Shown here piece by piece: positions 19,801 through 29,471 of a stretch of DNA of 64,000 nucleotides. Location: the NCBI GenBank assembly GCA_963675765.1, contig OY776568.1:347558-411557 (forward strand). The letters run 5' to 3'. The notes beneath the pieces are model-generated. The model saw nothing but the letters and a program-made list of their open reading frames with translations. It ran no database searches and had not been told where the DNA came from. This DNA comes from Phycisphaerae bacterium. Its GTDB lineage: Bacteria > Planctomycetota > Phycisphaerae > UBA1845. Both the position numbers and the translations under genes were made by a program. Positions within the stretch are counted from its first letter, which is position 1. Every line of letters begins with the position of its first letter.

Positions 19801-20454
19801 TCATTCGTCACTCGAAGCGCTGCCCCCAGGGCCACAAAGACGGATAGCGCGGTGCGACCCTGATTCGATAACGCCGAGGATGTAACTGACCTCCCTTTCG
19901 CCTGCATCCTCATCCAGTAGCTGCAACTCCACGTCCAGGCTCGACACTTCCATCGTTATACAAGAATCCTCGCATGTAGTGAGAACCAACTGTGATCTTT
20001 CCGCCTCATAGTTCAGGCGGTCCAACGTATAAAAACCAATCTTGGACCGATCATGGATACACGCGCTACCCACATCACGAAATCGCAGGATGCCTTTCCG
20101 CAAGGGGATTCGCCACTGCCGTCGTATTATCCCCTTCCGGGCAAGCTTGCGACGTGTGCCAAGCTCATAGACAAACGGAACCTCGACGACGCGGTTTTCC
20201 ACATCATGCTTCACCCAGTCGACGTTGAACAGCTCATCGTGGATCTCACCGCTAATCCGCTCAAGCTCTTCAGAAGTACTTGCGTGTATTATTCGCATAA
20301 TACGACCTGCCATAACTTCGCCCCCTCCCCTTCCCAAAACTAGAGCCCGGCGGACCTTTGCTCCAACCCTCATGCCTTTCCCTAGCCCACTCCTTCTACC
20401 TTCGCAGAGCGATTCGCTTAACTCGTTTTCCACACGACCAACGAGACTTCCCAA
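19801..20454 (-). CDS. Hypothetical protein, probable orphan immunity (true start probably later, e.g. MRIIHAS)
   Basis: Globular-looking region of about 165 aa at the 5' end of the island, with no upstream toxin visible. Confidence 0.55.
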   Translation of the reverse strand: MGSLVGRVENELSESLCEGRRSGLGKGMRVGAKVRRALVLGRGGGEVMAGRIMRIIHASTSEELERISGEIHDELFNVDWVKHDVENRVVEVPFVYELGTRRKLARKGIIRRQWRIPLRKGILRFRDVGSACIHDRSKIGFYTLDRLNYEAERSQLVLTTCEDSCITMEVSSLDVELQLLDEDAGEREVSYILGVIESGSHRAIRLCGPGGSASSDE

Positions 20455-21762
20455 AACCCTGATTCACTATCACTCCACACCTCCCACCTCTTGACTTAAT
20501 CATAATCAACCGTACGCACAATATCGAGTCCCCCAGCGTCCATCCCTTACCTCGACAATCTGGGTATTCCCTCTTCCGCCCGACCTCCCCTACTCCTTCC
20601 CCGAAGCTCACCACCGCCAAAACGACCTCTAGACCTCTCCAATCCCCAACCCCTTCCACTAATCCGCCTCCTCGCACCGCCACCACTGTCAACACCGTCC
20701 AAGGCCACCTCAAACACCCCAACTTCACCTACCCTAACATGCTCCTCAGACCATTTTTCGAAAGTTTTTTTTCGCACCTGGCGCTAGCGCCAGCCCCGAT
20801 TTTCACCTCTCAACCGAACCCATTATAAAAAAAAGCGGAACACCCGCGCCCTTATATAGGGTGGAGACAAGCGCGCTTACCCCGGCAGGCCACAACGGGC
20901 TCCCAATGCCCCGACGATCCTTGCTGGCCCCCAACCGAGTTCCCCAGCCGCCAGCTATCACCGAGCCACGCACTCCACAAGGCGCACCTGCACGCGAACA
21001 CCCGGCCGACGGATGCCTTCGCCGCCCCCGCTGATCGCATCCGTACAGAACTCCGACCCAGCCCGACCCCAGGCATTGCGATGCACACGTATATATATAA
21101 GGACACCGCCCGCTCATCCCCGCCCCCACGCGTGCCCAGCCAGGCCTACGCCGTCCCGGCCACAGGCTCCCCGCCCGACAAGCCCGGCGTCCATCACCGC
21201 CCAGCGCTCCACCCCGGGCACCCAGGCCTTCTGAGTCCCCCGGCCTCCCCCAGCGCACCGAACACCGGAAGCCACCCAGCGCCCCCTTGTTAAGGAGACC
21301 TCCTCCAGCGCGTCGCGCAATGCGACCGCCGCCCACAAGCTTGCTCAAAAGCGATCGATTCGATGCAAAAACGACTCGAAATGACTCAAAACTGAAAGGA
21401 ATCCGACATGAACCCCAACATTTCCAACCCCAAAACAAACAAAAACGGCGATTTTCACCCCAATTTCACCCCCAAATGCGCGACAATGTGGCCCAAATGC
21501 AGCCTGGCGCCCACTCAATGCGCTGTAAAAGCAGGGCTAGCGCACTCAAAAACGCGGTTTTCCATCCGGACAAACCCCATCCCCGACCCCCAAAAGCGCT
21601 ACGGCCCAACCCTCATTTCGCTCACGCGCTTTGCCTTAAACCATCATCACCCTTTACCACCACCGTTCGCCTTAACCACCATCGCGTGCTGTGACCATGC
21701 GCCGGCCTCACACCCTCGCCGCAGCATCCCTGAATACCAGCAAGATGTCCCGCTCCCGTACG

Positions 21763-23769
21763 CTAAAACCCCGATGGCCCCAGATCAACCGCCGCCCGCT
21801 CACTCGCCCGCTGCAGAGTACGCGCCCGCAGAGCCGCATCGCGAAGGAGCACGGCCATCATGTCACGCGGAACCCTCTCCATGCACTTGCCGAAACCACC
21901 AATCGCCCTCTCCGCCTGACCTGCCGCCAACCGCATATACGCATGCAAAAACCACACATCATTACTCTCATCATCCTTGCGTAGATGCTCCTCCAACATG
22001 GAGAAATGCTTTGCCAAATCCCCCTGATTCCCGTATAGCAGACAAACATCAATTGGATATTCAATTAGAGTCGGATCTGCTTCCAAAGCGCGGCGAACAC
22101 TCAATGCCGCAACCAGGTAATCTCCAGTCGCAAAATGGGAATAGCCATAGAGCATCAGCACTTCGGCATCATCCGGCGTCGCCAACAAAGCCCTTACAAA
22201 CTGCCGTCGCGCCAGACTGTAATCACCCGCAAAAAACGCCCCCTCACCCACTTGCCGCTGAGAGGACACCTGCGTACTCATTGGGGCCACCCCCACGCTC
22301 GCAACCGCCGATACACTGTCCTCAACATACTCCCCTGCAATCGGCACGCCCGTCGTCACATAACTACCCGGAACGTAGTTATCCATTACGTAATTGGTAA
22401 CAACCACATCCGGCTGCGATCGATAAATCCCCGGACAGTAACTCGGAACGAAGCACGATGCTCCATAGCTAATCCACGCGCGATGATCGGTTTTCCAACG
22501 ACCGTGCCGAGTGTAATTGGCAAAAGAATAACGATTATCTAAGAAGTTGCGTGGTCGATCCCAGCACCCCGAACCCCGCCTACTGTAGGCACCGAAGCCG
22601 TACCCAATACCAAGCGTGCGTGCCGGATAACCATTACGCCGATACCACTCATTGCGACAAGGGTCCTGATCCAACCGCGAGTATGCCCGCGTCTGCGATC
22701 GCGACAGAATGGCACTATTAATCGATCGTTGATCACATTGCGGCGAGTAACCACTGTAACTACTACCCCGCCCGCCCCAACCGACAAAGACATTCTGCCG
22801 CCGCGACGGAGCGCACCCCATAGGCTTATCCCTATCGCCACTGTGATGCAGCCCCCTATCCGGCCGCCGCGTCGCCCCGCACTGCGATTGATTATCAACG
22901 GCGATTACGTTTCTGGAATTCACGCAGCTCGATCCCGGCAAGCGTGCCGGCGCAAAGAAACTTCGCCGGCCCACACTGCGACTCGGCGACACCGTAGCCG
23001 CATGAATCGTGGATACTGGTTTTCTCCCTGGATCGCTATAGCGTCTGCTCGTACGCCCCACCGAAGAACGGGTCGTTCCCGAGCTACCAGTACTCACAGA
23101 ACGAACAATGCTATCATGTTTTCCCCTGCCGATGCTTATTCCAATGCTGCCCTGCCGGCTGCGAACGGGCGACCGCCTCACCGTAATCCCGGCCCGGCTG
23201 TTTGACGCCACGCCGATCTTGCCGCCGGACACCGTACGCCGCTCGCCCAAACGTGTTGCATGACCGGCCCGCGGCACCGACGATCGAGCGGCACCAACGG
23301 AAACCGTTCTCGAACTTCGTACCGGTTTCCTACCAATACTGAACCCGCTCCTGTTCGGTTTTACCGAAGACGAACCCCGGTTACCGCCTATGCTGCGAAT
23401 CGTTCTGACGCTGCGCGTTCCACCACTGCGACGACCACCCGCATTGCTGGATTTACCAACGGATCGGCTAACAGCTTTTCCCCCGCTCCTGCCGACCGTT
23501 CCCCTCGCCCCCCGCGTGCTTCCCGATCTCGCCCGCGCGGGAGCAGACGAGCGCCCCGGTCTGGAATTCTTAATCGACCGCCTGACAGGTGCTCGCCTAC
23601 TAGGAGGCGCCGACACAGTGCGTTTCGACCCTGAGGAAGTGCGACCGACGCGACTCACCTTCGATCGTTGCTGCGGTCCGCGTTGTCCAAAACACAAGGA
23701 CACGGGCCCGATGACCAGTACGGCCAGTACTATTGTGAAAATCCTAATGCGGCTGGCTGTTGCTGACAT
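21763..23769 (-). CDS. Secreted or anchored protein: Arg/Ser/Gly-rich low-complexity region plus C-terminal TPR domain
   Basis: Signal peptide, about 300 aa of basic low-complexity sequence, then TPR (GEGAFFAGDYSLARRQF...VLMLYGYSHFATGDYLVAALSVRRAL). Confidence 0.8.
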   Translation of the reverse strand: MSATASRIRIFTIVLAVLVIGPVSLCFGQRGPQQRSKVSRVGRTSSGSKRTVSAPPSRRAPVRRSIKNSRPGRSSAPARARSGSTRGARGTVGRSGGKAVSRSVGKSSNAGGRRSGGTRSVRTIRSIGGNRGSSSVKPNRSGFSIGRKPVRSSRTVSVGAARSSVPRAGHATRLGERRTVSGGKIGVASNSRAGITVRRSPVRSRQGSIGISIGRGKHDSIVRSVSTGSSGTTRSSVGRTSRRYSDPGRKPVSTIHAATVSPSRSVGRRSFFAPARLPGSSCVNSRNVIAVDNQSQCGATRRPDRGLHHSGDRDKPMGCAPSRRQNVFVGWGGRGSSYSGYSPQCDQRSINSAILSRSQTRAYSRLDQDPCRNEWYRRNGYPARTLGIGYGFGAYSRRGSGCWDRPRNFLDNRYSFANYTRHGRWKTDHRAWISYGASCFVPSYCPGIYRSQPDVVVTNYVMDNYVPGSYVTTGVPIAGEYVEDSVSAVASVGVAPMSTQVSSQRQVGEGAFFAGDYSLARRQFVRALLATPDDAEVLMLYGYSHFATGDYLVAALSVRRALEADPTLIEYPIDVCLLYGNQGDLAKHFSMLEEHLRKDDESNDVWFLHAYMRLAAGQAERAIGGFGKCMERVPRDMMAVLLRDAALRARTLQRASERAAVDLGPSGF

Positions 23770-23887
23770 GACTCACCTCTTTAGGCGTACCCAGAATGCC
23801 GGTTCTAAACCATCGAGCAAAAGTTTCACTGAGTTAACTATATCACGTGAGCAACGGTACGGCAACACAAAAGTTGGTAGTCAATGC

Positions 23888-24571
23888 TCACACGATCTCG
23901 CGTAACATCTTTAGATTCATAACCTTATAGTCTGGATCGGCCATGCCGACATCGAGAATGCGATCTTCGTAGCACACCCAGCACGACTTGATGCCCAGCC
24001 GTTGGGCACCTCCCACGTCGCTGTGCAGCGAATCGCCGGCATGGATAACTTGATGTGGATCCACCTGATAATGGCGCAAAGCCGCCTCGAAAATGGCGGA
24101 GTCCGGTTTGTACGAGCGAGTATCCTCGGAGGTGATTACGTGGTCGACGCGAAGGCCCAGAGTGTCTATGGCATGATGTATATCTTCCGTGTCGGCATTG
24201 GAGACAACGCATACAGGAATATCAAGGCTTTCGAGTGCCTCGTGGACATCCGGAGCCGGTGTTGGGTTTCTCCAATACTCTCGCAGCATGCTTGCGTAGG
24301 GCACGGGATCGACTGAAGCAACATAGGGGGCCAACGTCTCACACAACGATACGCATTCACAATCGAACAGAGTCTGAAAGCGGCTATTGTTGGCTTCCTC
24401 AATCATAGCGAAGAAGCGTTTGCCCCAATCGATGGCCAGCTGCTTCGCTGACATATCCAGACGGAGATCATCAACGGCGGATTGACAAGTGGCCTCCACG
24501 GCAATGCGATCACCTGTAACCAAAGTTCCGTAGAAATCCACGAAGACGACGTCAAGCCTGCGCTGTGACAT
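23888..24571 (-). CDS. HAD-superfamily hydrolase
   Basis: VFVDFYGTL motif I, VVSN motif II, YKPDSAIF and HAGDSLHSDV motifs III/IV. Confidence 0.92.
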   Translation of the reverse strand: MSQRRLDVVFVDFYGTLVTGDRIAVEATCQSAVDDLRLDMSAKQLAIDWGKRFFAMIEEANNSRFQTLFDCECVSLCETLAPYVASVDPVPYASMLREYWRNPTPAPDVHEALESLDIPVCVVSNADTEDIHHAIDTLGLRVDHVITSEDTRSYKPDSAIFEAALRHYQVDPHQVIHAGDSLHSDVGGAQRLGIKSCWVCYEDRILDVGMADPDYKVMNLKMLREIV

Positions 24572-24629
24572 GCCGAGCCACTCCTTGTCCTTGAGGTTTG
24601 TGGTATACCGAACCACATAGGGCCGGTGA

Positions 24630-25055
24630 TTAGGGTTGGAGGATGGCAGATATTCGATCGCTTATCTGCTGCATCCGTTCATCGGCGCATTTGCAGGTAT
24701 TCCAGCGATAGCCGAGCCCATCACCTTCCTGACGGGGAATAATGTGGACATGCACATGCTCAACCACCTGCCCTGCCACCTTGCCGTTGTTCTGAAGGAT
24801 ATTGACGCCTGCAGACTCTACAGCCTTCTGCACCGCATCGCTGAGTAGTGGTAAAACCGCACCCATTCTGGCCGCCAGCTCAGCCGGCAGCTCTTGCATG
24901 CAGGAATGATGGGCACGAGGGATAAGCAGTGTGTGTCCGGGTGCAAGAGGCGCAACATCAAGAAAAGCCAGCAGATACTCGTCCTCGAAAACGCGAGTGC
25001 AGGGGATGTCTCCCGCGGCAATACGGCAGAAGATGCAATCGCTCGCTCCGCTCAT
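24630..25055 (-). CDS. HIT family protein
   Basis: DCIFCRI N-terminus and HVHVHII histidine triad. Confidence 0.95.
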   Translation of the reverse strand: MSGASDCIFCRIAAGDIPCTRVFEDEYLLAFLDVAPLAPGHTLLIPRAHHSCMQELPAELAARMGAVLPLLSDAVQKAVESAGVNILQNNGKVAGQVVEHVHVHIIPRQEGDGLGYRWNTCKCADERMQQISDRISAILQP

Positions 25056-25221
25056 CGCGCTGCCCTCCGAATCTGCTCAAGGCCCGAGCAAGCTCTGTCC
25101 CAAGGTAGCGTCCGGCCCGCCGGTGTCCTTACCTGCTCAACACTACGTTCGGCCAAATGGCGCTCTAAGAGCTGCCAAAGGTACATAGCCGGCAGCTGTT
25201 CGAGAAGCGGAGCCCGTCGTG

Positions 25222-25863
25222 TTATTCTTCCGTCTTCTCAGATTCGGTCGATCCACCGGTACGGCGCTGCTTGGCCAGCTTTACGGCCAAGGCGTATCGC
25301 GAATCGGCCCGAAGTTTGCGAGCATTCTTTCGCGGCTTAGTGACAGTGCCGGGGCTTTCTTCCTCACCGACAAACTGAAGGATAGCCTGCTCACCACCGT
25401 CACCGATACGGCGTTCGGCGAGCTTTATCAAACGAGTATAGCCGCCAGGTCGATTGGAATAGCGGTCAGCAACACTGTTGATCAGTCGATGAGCGACGGA
25501 TTCGCCGGTAAATGTCTGCTTACCCTTGGGTTTACCAGTACGGTAACGGCGTCCACTCGCGTTGCGCAGCGCCTTGTGCCTCTTGGCCAATGACAGATTA
25601 TCGTAATCGGCCTGATGTTCGGCCGGAATCATCGAACGATCACTTAGGAGCTTATGAATCTGCCGTCGGGCGCTTATGCTCCCGTCACGAGCACTCCGGG
25701 CGAGGGTGACCAGCTTCTCCACAAAGGGGCGGAGATCCTTGGCCTTTTGCACTGTAGTGCGAATCTGGCCATGCTGGATAAGGCTTTGCGCCATGTTACG
25801 CTGCATCGCTTTGTGGTGCGACGAGGTTCGATTCAGTTTTCGGCTTCTGACACGATGCTTCAT
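25222..25863 (-). CDS. rplQ: 50S ribosomal protein L17 (with internal insertion and C-terminal extension)
   Basis: MKHRVRSRKLNRTSSHHKAM...RPGGYTRLIKL; directly after rpoA. Confidence 0.96.
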   Translation of the reverse strand: MKHRVRSRKLNRTSSHHKAMQRNMAQSLIQHGQIRTTVQKAKDLRPFVEKLVTLARSARDGSISARRQIHKLLSDRSMIPAEHQADYDNLSLAKRHKALRNASGRRYRTGKPKGKQTFTGESVAHRLINSVADRYSNRPGGYTRLIKLAERRIGDGGEQAILQFVGEEESPGTVTKPRKNARKLRADSRYALAVKLAKQRRTGGSTESEKTEE

Positions 25864-25948
25864 GGTCCTGTCACTCACATTGGGTGGACTGCCGGGCAAG
25901 TCCACGATTCGCTTGGCGCGTGCCGCAGGGCACAGTCACCACTGCTAA

Positions 25949-27277
25949 CTAATCTTCATATGGTCTACTACTATCGGCGATCATCGACATTGACGAGGAT
26001 CCCGAATCGTCCGAACTATCGTTATTGTCACTGCTGTCATTCTGAGGAAGTTCCCCAGACATGTCTGCCTGAGCATTGTCTGGTTGCCCATCATCGGCTC
26101 CCGCCTGGGGCGTTTCACTATCTGGCTCCACGTGGCTATCAACGCGTTGATTCAAGAAGGCGGCTCGCGGAAGTCTGCCATCATCCACCAAGTCGGATGA
26201 GTGAAAAGACTGCATGGGCTGGGGAGCTATCGCCGGATGACTTTGTTCAACGGCGGAAGCAGAACTCTCGACCGGCGCTGAAACCTCTCCACCTTCACCG
26301 AAGGTCATACCCAGGGAAAGTCCAATATCGGCAAGTTTTCTTCTGACCTCCCGCAGTGATGTTTTACCAAAACTACGTACTCGGAGCAGGTCCGCCTCGG
26401 TCTTGCGGACGAGTTCCCCAATAGTAATCACGCGAGCAGCTTCGAGGCAGTTGGCCGCGCGAACGGAAAGCTGCAACTCTGCAACGTTTCGTGAGAGCTT
26501 GTCCTGCAGTTGGTCATCCACATCCGACTGCTGCACGGCCACAACAGGAGCTTCGGCAACCAGTTCTTCACCCAGCTCGTAGTATTGCACGAAGGGGTTA
26601 AGATGCTTGCGAAGGATCTTCGCCGCTTCCACGACGGCGTCCTCGGGCAGAATACTTCCCTTGGTCCACACTTCCAAAACCAGACGATCGTAATTCGTTT
26701 TCTGGCCAACGCGAGTATCCTCGGTCTTGTAGCGTACGCGCATCACGGGCGAGAAAACCGAATCAACAGGAATAACGCCTATCTCCTGGTCGGGGCCGGA
26801 GTTCTCATCGGCGGTAGCATAGCCTCGTCCAGTACAGCAGCGCATCTCCATTTCGAACGGAATATCCTCGGTCAGAGTCGCCAACACCTGTTCGGTATTG
26901 ATGACTTCAACACCCGCTTCCGCCTCAATATCAGCGGCAGTCACGACTCCAGCTGTGTTGCGTGACACGCGCAGCACTCTCTGCTCATCGCCTTCCATAG
27001 CGATGACCAGCCCTTTGACGTTGAGGATAATATCCGCCACATCCTCGAGTACGCCGGGCAGGGTACTGAACTCGTGGGCGGCGTTGGCAATCTTCACGGC
27101 ATGAACCGCAGCACCATCGAGGCTGGACAGGAGGATTCTCCGAAGAGAATTACCCACTGTGGTTCCAAAGCCGCGTTCGAACGGTTCCACAATAAACCTG
27201 CCATAGGTGTCGGTGCTGACAGCCTCATCACGCTCTAACCGGCTTGGCAGTTCCAACCCGCGCCATCGGATACGCAT
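25949..27277 (-). CDS. rpoA: RNA polymerase subunit alpha with a long acidic C-terminal tail
   Basis: EPFERGFGTTVGNSLRRILLSSL; alpha-CTD LSVRAANCL...SFGKTSLREV; 442 aa. Confidence 0.98.
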   Translation of the reverse strand: MRIRWRGLELPSRLERDEAVSTDTYGRFIVEPFERGFGTTVGNSLRRILLSSLDGAAVHAVKIANAAHEFSTLPGVLEDVADIILNVKGLVIAMEGDEQRVLRVSRNTAGVVTAADIEAEAGVEVINTEQVLATLTEDIPFEMEMRCCTGRGYATADENSGPDQEIGVIPVDSVFSPVMRVRYKTEDTRVGQKTNYDRLVLEVWTKGSILPEDAVVEAAKILRKHLNPFVQYYELGEELVAEAPVVAVQQSDVDDQLQDKLSRNVAELQLSVRAANCLEAARVITIGELVRKTEADLLRVRSFGKTSLREVRRKLADIGLSLGMTFGEGGEVSAPVESSASAVEQSHPAIAPQPMQSFHSSDLVDDGRLPRAAFLNQRVDSHVEPDSETPQAGADDGQPDNAQADMSGELPQNDSSDNNDSSDDSGSSSMSMIADSSRPYED

Positions 27278-27530
27278 ATTCTTCTTCTCCTAAAGGGGCT
27301 TCTGCGATCGATCTCGTGGGCGTCGGCATCCGCTTCCGACTTAACCCCTATTGCTTATACTGGCCAGCTCACTAAGCAGCCAAAGTCAGGTCTCCCACCC
27401 GAAGGCGGCCACAGGACAAAGCAGTAAGATGCAACATCCTGTTACGATTCACTGGGCCACCGAACAATTCACCATCGTCCGATCCGCCTCACCGCGAACC
27501 GAGTGGTTCGGGTAAAGGCAAGCCGGCAAG

Positions 27531-27914
27531 TCACACCCGCCTTCTCTTGGCAGGCCGGCAGCCGTTATGGGGTAGCGGCGTCGCGTCCTCGATGGAGGTA
27601 ATGCGTATACCCGCACTCTGCATCGCAGTAACAGCGGACTCACGGCCACTGCCCGGCCCCTTGACCCTCACTTCCACCTCTGCCATCCCAAACTTCTTGG
27701 CGGCATGGGCACAACGTTCCGCGGCTCTCTGAGCTGCGAAAGGAGTACTTTTACGAGTTCCCTTAAAACCGACGGTCCCAGCGGAGGCCCAGCAGAGCAC
27801 CTCACCATTGGTGTCGGTAATGGTAACGATAGTGTTATTGAACGTCGCCTTGACGTGAGCAATGCCACGCGCAACATTCCGCCTGGTTTTCTTCTTACCT
27901 GCCCGCTTAGCCAC
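27531..27914 (-). CDS. rpsK: 30S ribosomal protein S11
   Basis: [14 protein letters not shown]...GPGSGRESA...PHNGCRP. Confidence 0.98.
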   Translation of the reverse strand: MAKRAGKKKTRRNVARGIAHVKATFNNTIVTITDTNGEVLCWASAGTVGFKGTRKSTPFAAQRAAERCAHAAKKFGMAEVEVRVKGPGSGRESAVTAMQSAGIRITSIEDATPLPHNGCRPAKRRRV

Positions 27915-28296
27915 GGCTCATCTCCTTGACACCCTTCTTTCCGGCCACGGTCTTCTTGGGTCCCTTGCGCGTTCGCGCGTTGGTACGCGTTCGCTGGCCT
28001 CGAGTAGGCAAACCTCTTCGATGGCGCAGACCCCGATAGCATCCGATATCGCGCAAGCGAGCGATGTTGCTCTGGACTTGGCGTCGCAAACTACCTTCGA
28101 CCTGGTAGTTTCGTTCGATGATACCGGCTACGCGCGATACCTCGTCCTCGGTCAGATCCTTGGCCTTAGTACTCGGGTCAATCTGAGCTTCCTTAAGGAT
28201 ATCCGCGGCAATCTTCGGTCCAACACCGAATATGTAGCGGAGGGAAATCTCAACCCTCTTCTCATTGGGAATATCTACACCGGCAACACGTGGCAC
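27907..28296 (-). CDS. rpsM: 30S ribosomal protein S13
   Basis: [10 protein letters not shown]...[18 protein letters not shown]. Confidence 0.98.
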   Translation of the reverse strand: MPRVAGVDIPNEKRVEISLRYIFGVGPKIAADILKEAQIDPSTKAKDLTEDEVSRVAGIIERNYQVEGSLRRQVQSNIARLRDIGCYRGLRHRRGLPTRGQRTRTNARTRKGPKKTVAGKKGVKEMSRG

Positions 28297-28307
28297 TGGT
28301 ACTCTCC

Positions 28308-28424
28308 TTAGCCTTGACGCTGCTTATGTTTGGGATTGCTGCTACAAATAACTCGAACAACACCCTTGCGTTTGATCACGCGGCAGTTCTCGCAAATACG
28401 CTTGACGCTGGCACGTACTTTCAT
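28308..28424 (-). CDS. rpmJ: 50S ribosomal protein L36 (zinc-binding form); too short for the ORF track
   Basis: Manual translation: [38 protein letters not shown]. Confidence 0.97.
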   Translation of the reverse strand: MKVRASVKRICENCRVIKRKGVVRVICSSNPKHKQRQG

Positions 28425-28559
28425 CGGACCACTTCCTTAACTCAAAAAACCGCCGGCAGAGTTCGTATCTGCCATGAGAGGCATCCGTGCCGCCAGAAAC
28501 AACTCCAGGCGAGAAGCACTCGCCAAGCTACCGGCCTTGCCCCATTCACGGCGGGCAAT

Positions 28560-29375
28560 TCACTTTTTCCCAGGGCCGTCAGTCAGCACCAGAGGCCCAT
28601 CCTCGGTAACGGCAATGGTGTGCTCAAAGTGGGCCGAATAACGACCGTCCTTGGTAACCACGACCCACGCATCCGCATCGGCGTAGGCAACATTGCCGCT
28701 TCCCAGAGTGACCATTGGCTCGACCGCCACAGTAAGTCCTGGCTCAAGCCGAAAATCCGACCTCCTCTGGGCACGATCATAATAATTGGGCACCTTGGGA
28801 TCCTCGTGCATCTCACGACCGATTCCATGGCCCACGAATTCTCTTACCACTTCCATGCCTGCGGCTTCGACAAGCTTCTGAATCTGGACAGCAACCTCGC
28901 TCCACATTCTGCCGCAATGCATCTCTTGAACTGCAAGCATAAGCGAACCGAGCGTCACGTCCAGCAATTGCTGTGCCCGCCCATCGATTTTTCCGACTGC
29001 AACGGTCCGAGCAGCGTCACCGCAGTAACCTTTTAGGCGTACGCCACAGTCAATGCTGATGACATCGCCATCCCGCAGAGCCCGCGACCCGGGGACGCCA
29101 TGAACCACTTCCTCATTCACGCTTGTGCAAAGCGCCGCCGGAAACGGATACCTAGCTGCCGGATTCACCACTCCCTTGAACAGTGGTTCAGCGCCTGCCT
29201 CTTTTATCAGTCGCTCAGCCTCTGTATTCAACTCCGCGGTAGTCACTCCAGGAGCGACCATCTCGCAAACATAGTCAAGAACAGCAGCGACCAATCCACC
29301 CGCATCCCGCATGAGTTGGATTTCTCGCTCGCTCTTAAGTATCACACCGCTATTGGTAATGCGATCCTTGCTCAC
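28560..29375 (-). CDS. map: Type I methionine aminopeptidase
   Basis: SVNEEVVHG, DCG...GDAART, GHGIG...HE, AVEPM, SAHFEHTI. Confidence 0.97.
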   Translation of the reverse strand: MSKDRITNSGVILKSEREIQLMRDAGGLVAAVLDYVCEMVAPGVTTAELNTEAERLIKEAGAEPLFKGVVNPAARYPFPAALCTSVNEEVVHGVPGSRALRDGDVISIDCGVRLKGYCGDAARTVAVGKIDGRAQQLLDVTLGSLMLAVQEMHCGRMWSEVAVQIQKLVEAAGMEVVREFVGHGIGREMHEDPKVPNYYDRAQRRSDFRLEPGLTVAVEPMVTLGSGNVAYADADAWVVVTKDGRYSAHFEHTIAVTEDGPLVLTDGPGKK

Positions 29376-29471
29376 CGCAAGCGTTCACTTCCATTCCAGA
29401 GCTGAATTCGCGTCAGCTCCATGCTGCCAGCAGGATCCAAGAGACTGCCAGCATAGCTAATCCCTCGGCCA

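Noticed and set aside
20803-22400. ORFs 20803..21438 and 21408..22400
   Set aside because: Low-complexity Pro/Arg/Gly translations from skewed DNA; the second partly overlaps the TPR gene antisense.
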